NCBI GenBank assembly: GCA_012295275.1
Contig: CM022666.1
Coordinates: 15,934,001-15,998,000 of the forward strand
DNA length: 64,000 bases
Direction: 5' to 3'
From: Chrysomallon squamiferum
Taxonomy: Eukaryota > Animalia > Mollusca
In this document: positions 61,609 to 64,000 of the stretch, in pieces
Numbering within the stretch: position 1 is the stretch's first letter
Layout of the letters: every line of letters starts with the position of its first letter
Made by a program: the position numbers and the translations under genes
The notes under the pieces: generated by a model
What the model was told of the DNA's origin: nothing
The model's input: only the letters and a program-made list of their open reading frames with translations
Database searches by the model: none

Positions 61609-63971
61609 ATAAAAATAAAATAATCAAATTAATGTATATAATTAAAAATAAAATGAGGTGTTTCAAATACTAAAGGTTGCCTGTACCACACAATATCTAC
61701 ATAAATCTTCCTGCTAAATTCTAACAAACATATCAGAGATTGTTCAAACATTCAGCAGAACCTCTGTATATAGCTTTTAATACTATTTATTTATTTATTT
61801 ATTTTTCAATTTTAGAAAAGAAGAATTAAAAAGATCAATACAAATCTTGAAATAATAAAACACAAAGTAGTTAAATTCTTAAAATAAATATCAAAAAAAA
61901 ATAAAATTAAATTAAAATAAAATAAAATTAAATAAAATAAAATAAAATTAAATAAAATTAAATAAAATAAAATATTATTATAATAAAATAAAATAAATAG
62001 TAAATTATAAGAAAAGGACAAATTTGGAAAGGATAATTTATGAATTTCAAACTTATAACCATAGGTTGTTCTTTTTTTATTTTTGGGGGGGTTTTGGGTT
62101 GTTGTTTTTTTTCAGCATAGTTCGGAAGAAATAAAATGGCTGGGAACAATTTAACTACTTTTAAAAAACCTTTAATTAACCCAGGTATTCGCTTTATCAA
62201 TACATACCTTCCTTTCGACGTACAACTATTACACAAAAAGTAATTATAAAATGTGCAGAATGAAAGATGAACAAATTATAAACCAAAGAATAAATGAATA
62301 ATAAATAAATTGAATATACAGTATGTGCATGTGCGTATGAATAAGTGTTTTCATGTATGTGACCCAATCCCACAGAATGTATATAGAGCAATATTTTTAA
62401 ATATTATTTATTTGTTTATTTATTATTTCATTTTCTTTATATGTGTGTGTGTGTGTGTGTGTGTTTACATATATATATAAGCAATTTCATTTTGATCATT
62501 AAATTTTTGTTATTTTTTAAAATAACTTCACCAATCTCAAAAGTATCATATTATGGATAATAAAAATATTTGTAATGCTGAATATTTCTATCTAAAAGAA
62601 GTAAAAAAAAAAAACATACAAAAAAAACCTAATTAAATCTTTTCTGCTTTATCGTCAACTGTGAATGCCTGCTTGAATAAATAATTCATCAAAATATGTG
62701 CATATTAGTTAGGATATAAAATCATTTTTGAATTAAAATTATTACTAGGGCAGTGAGTTGAAAATCGTTAATTTTATTTAGTTTCTGTGTTATTTGGAAT
62801 TGCAGGATGAAAGAAGTAACTGGTTACCATCATCAGATATCATCTTAGTCCTGCACAGGTCAAATGTCAAAGCCTCACTGCATCCAGCATTCTAACATTC
62901 GCAGGATAAAACTGATATCTTAAGACAGTAACTAATTGTTTCCTATATTCTTAATAAGATGTACTTTTTAACTATCTTTTTTCATATTTGTTATTATTAG
63001 ATATTGTTAATATTCAGATGATATTATATTACTATATAGTTATCTTCATATTACTTACTAATTTTAAATATATAAGTTTTATTAATATATTTAAAAACTT
63101 CAATTTTATTCTTAACCTCTTTTTCGTCTACTGTGTAGACAAGTTAATTAAATAAGTAATCTACTAGATAATTAATGTAGTTAGTTAAGTGTTTCAGACA
63201 AACTACTTCTCTAACCTTCCACTTTGGTGTCATCTTTGGATTTGTATTCTGTGCTTTTTATGGCCAACTCGACCCCATAACCAGATAATCTTGCTTTTTT
63301 ACCATTTGGTTTCTGCAGAAAAAAACCACAATACAGAATGTCAGATCTTAGTACAGCAAAAACAAATAATTAGTTTATGATTTATCAGATTAGTATATTT
63401 CTTATACAACAAAAATAGAAGAAATATATCAATAAATAATATATCAATATCTATCAAACAATCAATCAATCAGTCTGTCTATATATTTAAATTGGCAAAA
63501 TCAAAAGATAATAAAATAAATAAAAAAACAAATAAATAATCATAACAAGTTAAATTTCTTACTATAAATAAATAAAATAATAATTATAGCAAATAATGAT
63601 ACCGCAGTCAGTATTAAAAATAAAATCATATTAAAATTAATAATTACTGTAATAGGTACAGTTGTAACAGCACAAATGAAATTAACCTGTAATAAGTACA
63701 AAATATCTTTATAAACCAACCCACCTGTACAAACCAACCCCACCTCTACAAATAACCCACCTGTACAAAGCAACCCACCTGTAAAAACCAACCCACCTGT
63801 ACATAGTGTCTAAGAATGTAGGTGATTTCCTTTCTACCAGACATTTCAGCCAGTGCTGCATGGAATTCTCTGAATGTTGATGTTCCAAGCTGCGCATACA
63901 AAACTACAACAACATCATCTGTTGTCATTCCAGGGAAAATGTGGTCGAACTTGTATACTGGAGACTTGGGT
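36392..63971 (-). CDS. UGGT: UDP-glucose:glycoprotein glucosyltransferase (ER folding sensor, GT24); 5' exons lie beyond the window end
   Basis: 37 GT-AG exons. Diagnostic motifs include [63 protein letters not shown]-type [75 protein letters not shown] and C-terminal KEEL*. Phases are consistent except at exon 57864-57985. Confidence 0.96.
36787..36961 (-). CDS. UGGT: UGGT exon
   Basis: [25 protein letters not shown]. Confidence 0.93.
37504..37735 (-). CDS. UGGT: UGGT exon
   Basis: [58 protein letters not shown]. Confidence 0.95.
38256..38312 (-). CDS. UGGT: UGGT exon
   Basis: [19 protein letters not shown]. Confidence 0.93.
38976..39079 (-). CDS. UGGT: UGGT exon
   Basis: [34 protein letters not shown]. 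Confidence 0.94.
39458..39530 (-). CDS. UGGT: UGGT exon (DxD motif)
   Basis: [25 protein letters not shown]. Confidence 0.94.
39929..40038 (-). CDS. UGGT: UGGT exon
   Basis: [36 protein letters not shown]. Confidence 0.93.
40445..40529 (-). CDS. UGGT: UGGT exon
   Basis: [28 protein letters not shown]. Confidence 0.93.
41180..41272 (-). CDS. UGGT: UGGT exon (start of catalytic domain)
   Basis: [30 protein letters not shown]. Confidence 0.93.
41289..41370. repeat. 18-bp minisatellite beside a UGGT acceptor
   Basis: Unit gtatttatatgtaaattt. Confidence 0.9.
43181..43189 (-). CDS. Candidate 9-nt UGGT microexon
   Basis: Pyrimidine tract ttcctttctgtgtgtcttctctccacctctaacag|CACGCTTGT|gtgagt; phase 2-2, adds STLV in place of S. 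Confidence 0.5.
43305..43387 (-). CDS. UGGT: UGGT exon (alternative in-frame donor extends it to 43284)
   Basis: [27 protein letters not shown]. Confidence 0.87.
44185..44269 (-). CDS. UGGT: UGGT exon
   Basis: [28 protein letters not shown] |gtgagt. Confidence 0.9.
44820..46287. repeat. ~72-bp minisatellite (longer ~96-bp variant), ~19 copies, containing a UGGT exon tail plus donor
   Basis: Unit tactaatactgatattttacatgtttgtgtattaaacatgtaaaatataaaacacagtttacctctatct. Confidence 0.95.
46276..46361 (-). CDS. UGGT: UGGT exon
   Basis: [28 protein letters not shown] |gtaaac. Confidence 0.93.
46734..46840 (-). CDS. UGGT: UGGT exon
   Basis: [29 protein letters not shown]. Confidence 0.93.
47305..47356 (-). 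CDS. UGGT: UGGT exon
   Basis: [17 protein letters not shown]. Confidence 0.9.
47800..47993 (-). mobile_element. Degenerate SINE copy of the same family
   Basis: Reverse complement ggtgcttatgaatagg..tgct..ggaaagagtaac..gggtttt matches 20101-20165; head-side motifs tggctggaac and gatttgatcc. Confidence 0.55.
48026..48215 (-). CDS. UGGT: UGGT exon
   Basis: [32 protein letters not shown]. Confidence 0.93.
48639..48718 (-). CDS. UGGT: UGGT exon
   Basis: [26 protein letters not shown]. Confidence 0.9.
49341..49443 (-). CDS. UGGT: UGGT exon
   Basis: [28 protein letters not shown]. Confidence 0.9.
49437..49585. repeat. 53-bp tandem repeat (~2.8 copies) containing a UGGT acceptor plus exon head
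   Basis: cacaacactgtc at 49437, 49490 and 49543. Confidence 0.92.
50125..50462. repeat. 47-bp minisatellite (~7 copies) containing a UGGT exon tail plus donor
   Basis: Unit ttacctgtgtaacaaactaaaaaggtaactgaagagttattttgtg(a/g). Confidence 0.94.
50457..50552 (-). CDS. UGGT: UGGT exon
   Basis: [17 protein letters not shown] |gtaacc. Confidence 0.87.
51148..51278 (-). CDS. UGGT: UGGT exon
   Basis: [22 protein letters not shown]. Confidence 0.9.
52124..52255 (-). CDS. UGGT: UGGT exon
   Basis: [17 protein letters not shown] |gtaaga. Confidence 0.88.
52973..53176 (-). CDS. UGGT: UGGT exon
   Basis: [29 protein letters not shown]. Confidence 0.88.
53505..53599 (-). CDS. UGGT: UGGT exon
   Basis: [32 protein letters not shown]. 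Confidence 0.88.
54230..54328 (-). CDS. UGGT: UGGT exon
   Basis: [21 protein letters not shown]. Confidence 0.85.
54630..54753 (-). CDS. UGGT: UGGT exon
   Basis: [28 protein letters not shown]. Confidence 0.88.
55331..55495 (-). CDS. UGGT: UGGT exon
   Basis: [30 protein letters not shown]. Confidence 0.88.
55545..55972. repeat. Degenerate ~20-bp minisatellite filling most of a UGGT intron
   Basis: Unit aatgaagttttaataagtaa. Confidence 0.88.
55982..56110 (-). CDS. UGGT: UGGT exon
   Basis: [22 protein letters not shown]. Confidence 0.87.
56557..56692 (-). CDS. UGGT: UGGT exon
   Basis: [25 protein letters not shown]. Confidence 0.88.
57182..57267 (-). CDS. UGGT: UGGT exon
   Basis: [29 protein letters not shown]. 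Confidence 0.88.
57864..57985 (-). CDS. UGGT: UGGT exon (apparent 1-nt frameshift)
   Basis: [29 protein letters not shown]; the 122-nt length is out of phase with the next exon. Confidence 0.85.
58561..58650 (-). CDS. UGGT: UGGT exon
   Basis: [23 protein letters not shown] |gtgagt. Confidence 0.9.
59230..59385 (-). CDS. UGGT: UGGT exon
   Basis: [33 protein letters not shown]. Confidence 0.9.
59693..59753 (-). CDS. UGGT: UGGT exon
   Basis: [20 protein letters not shown]. Confidence 0.88.
60187..60286 (-). CDS. UGGT: UGGT exon
   Basis: [22 protein letters not shown]. Confidence 0.9.
60534..60634 (-). CDS. UGGT: UGGT exon
   Basis: [24 protein letters not shown] |gtgagt. Confidence 0.9.
61131..61203 (-). 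CDS. UGGT: UGGT exon
   Basis: [24 protein letters not shown]. Confidence 0.88.
62208..62225 (-). CDS. Candidate 18-nt UGGT microexon
   Basis: tactttttgtgtaatag|TTGTACGTCGAAAGGAAG|gtatgt; phase 1-1, adds VVRRKE. Confidence 0.45.
63216..63312 (-). CDS. UGGT: UGGT exon
   Basis: [32 protein letters not shown]. Confidence 0.92.
63715..63803. repeat. 18-bp tandem repeat (5 copies) containing a UGGT exon tail plus donor
   Basis: Unit accaacccacctgtacaa. Confidence 0.92.
63797..63971 (-). CDS. UGGT: UGGT exon
   Basis: [22 protein letters not shown] |gtgggt. Confidence 0.9.
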
Positions 63972-64000
63972 CTGAAAATAAGAAATATCTGTTTCACTAA

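Noticed and set aside
62895-62935. actgatatcttaagacagt segment faintly reminiscent of an snRNA or hairpin
   Set aside because: Short imperfect palindrome with no extended match to spliceosomal snRNA motifs.

Overview
AT-rich, microsatellite-dense animal genomic DNA. It is probably lophotrochozoan or molluscan; that is an inference from the SINE remnants and the intron style. Two intron-rich genes lie head-to-tail on the minus strand. (1) The 3' ~85% of a UDP-glucose:glycoprotein glucosyltransferase (UGGT) gene: 37 coding exons traced from 63971 to the stop at 36392, ending in KEEL, with one apparent 1-nt frameshift near 57880. (2) The 5' part of a three-CH-domain filamin of the jitterbug/FLN-2 type: 15 coding exons from 30184 off the left edge, plus phase-compatible candidate internal first exons. 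The most unusual signal is that complex tandem repeats sit at exon-intron boundaries. At least seven arrays copy the splice junction itself (exon tail plus GT donor, or AG acceptor plus exon head) outward into the intron, producing ladders of decoy splice sites. Most remaining complex minisatellites end within about 10-30 nt of a junction. Candidate 9-nt and 18-nt microexons occur in UGGT. A short filamin isoform would begin with an RVxF-like motif followed closely by an Fbw7-type TPPQSP degron. Almost all long ORFs in the supplied track are microsatellite artefacts. All coordinates were read by eye.
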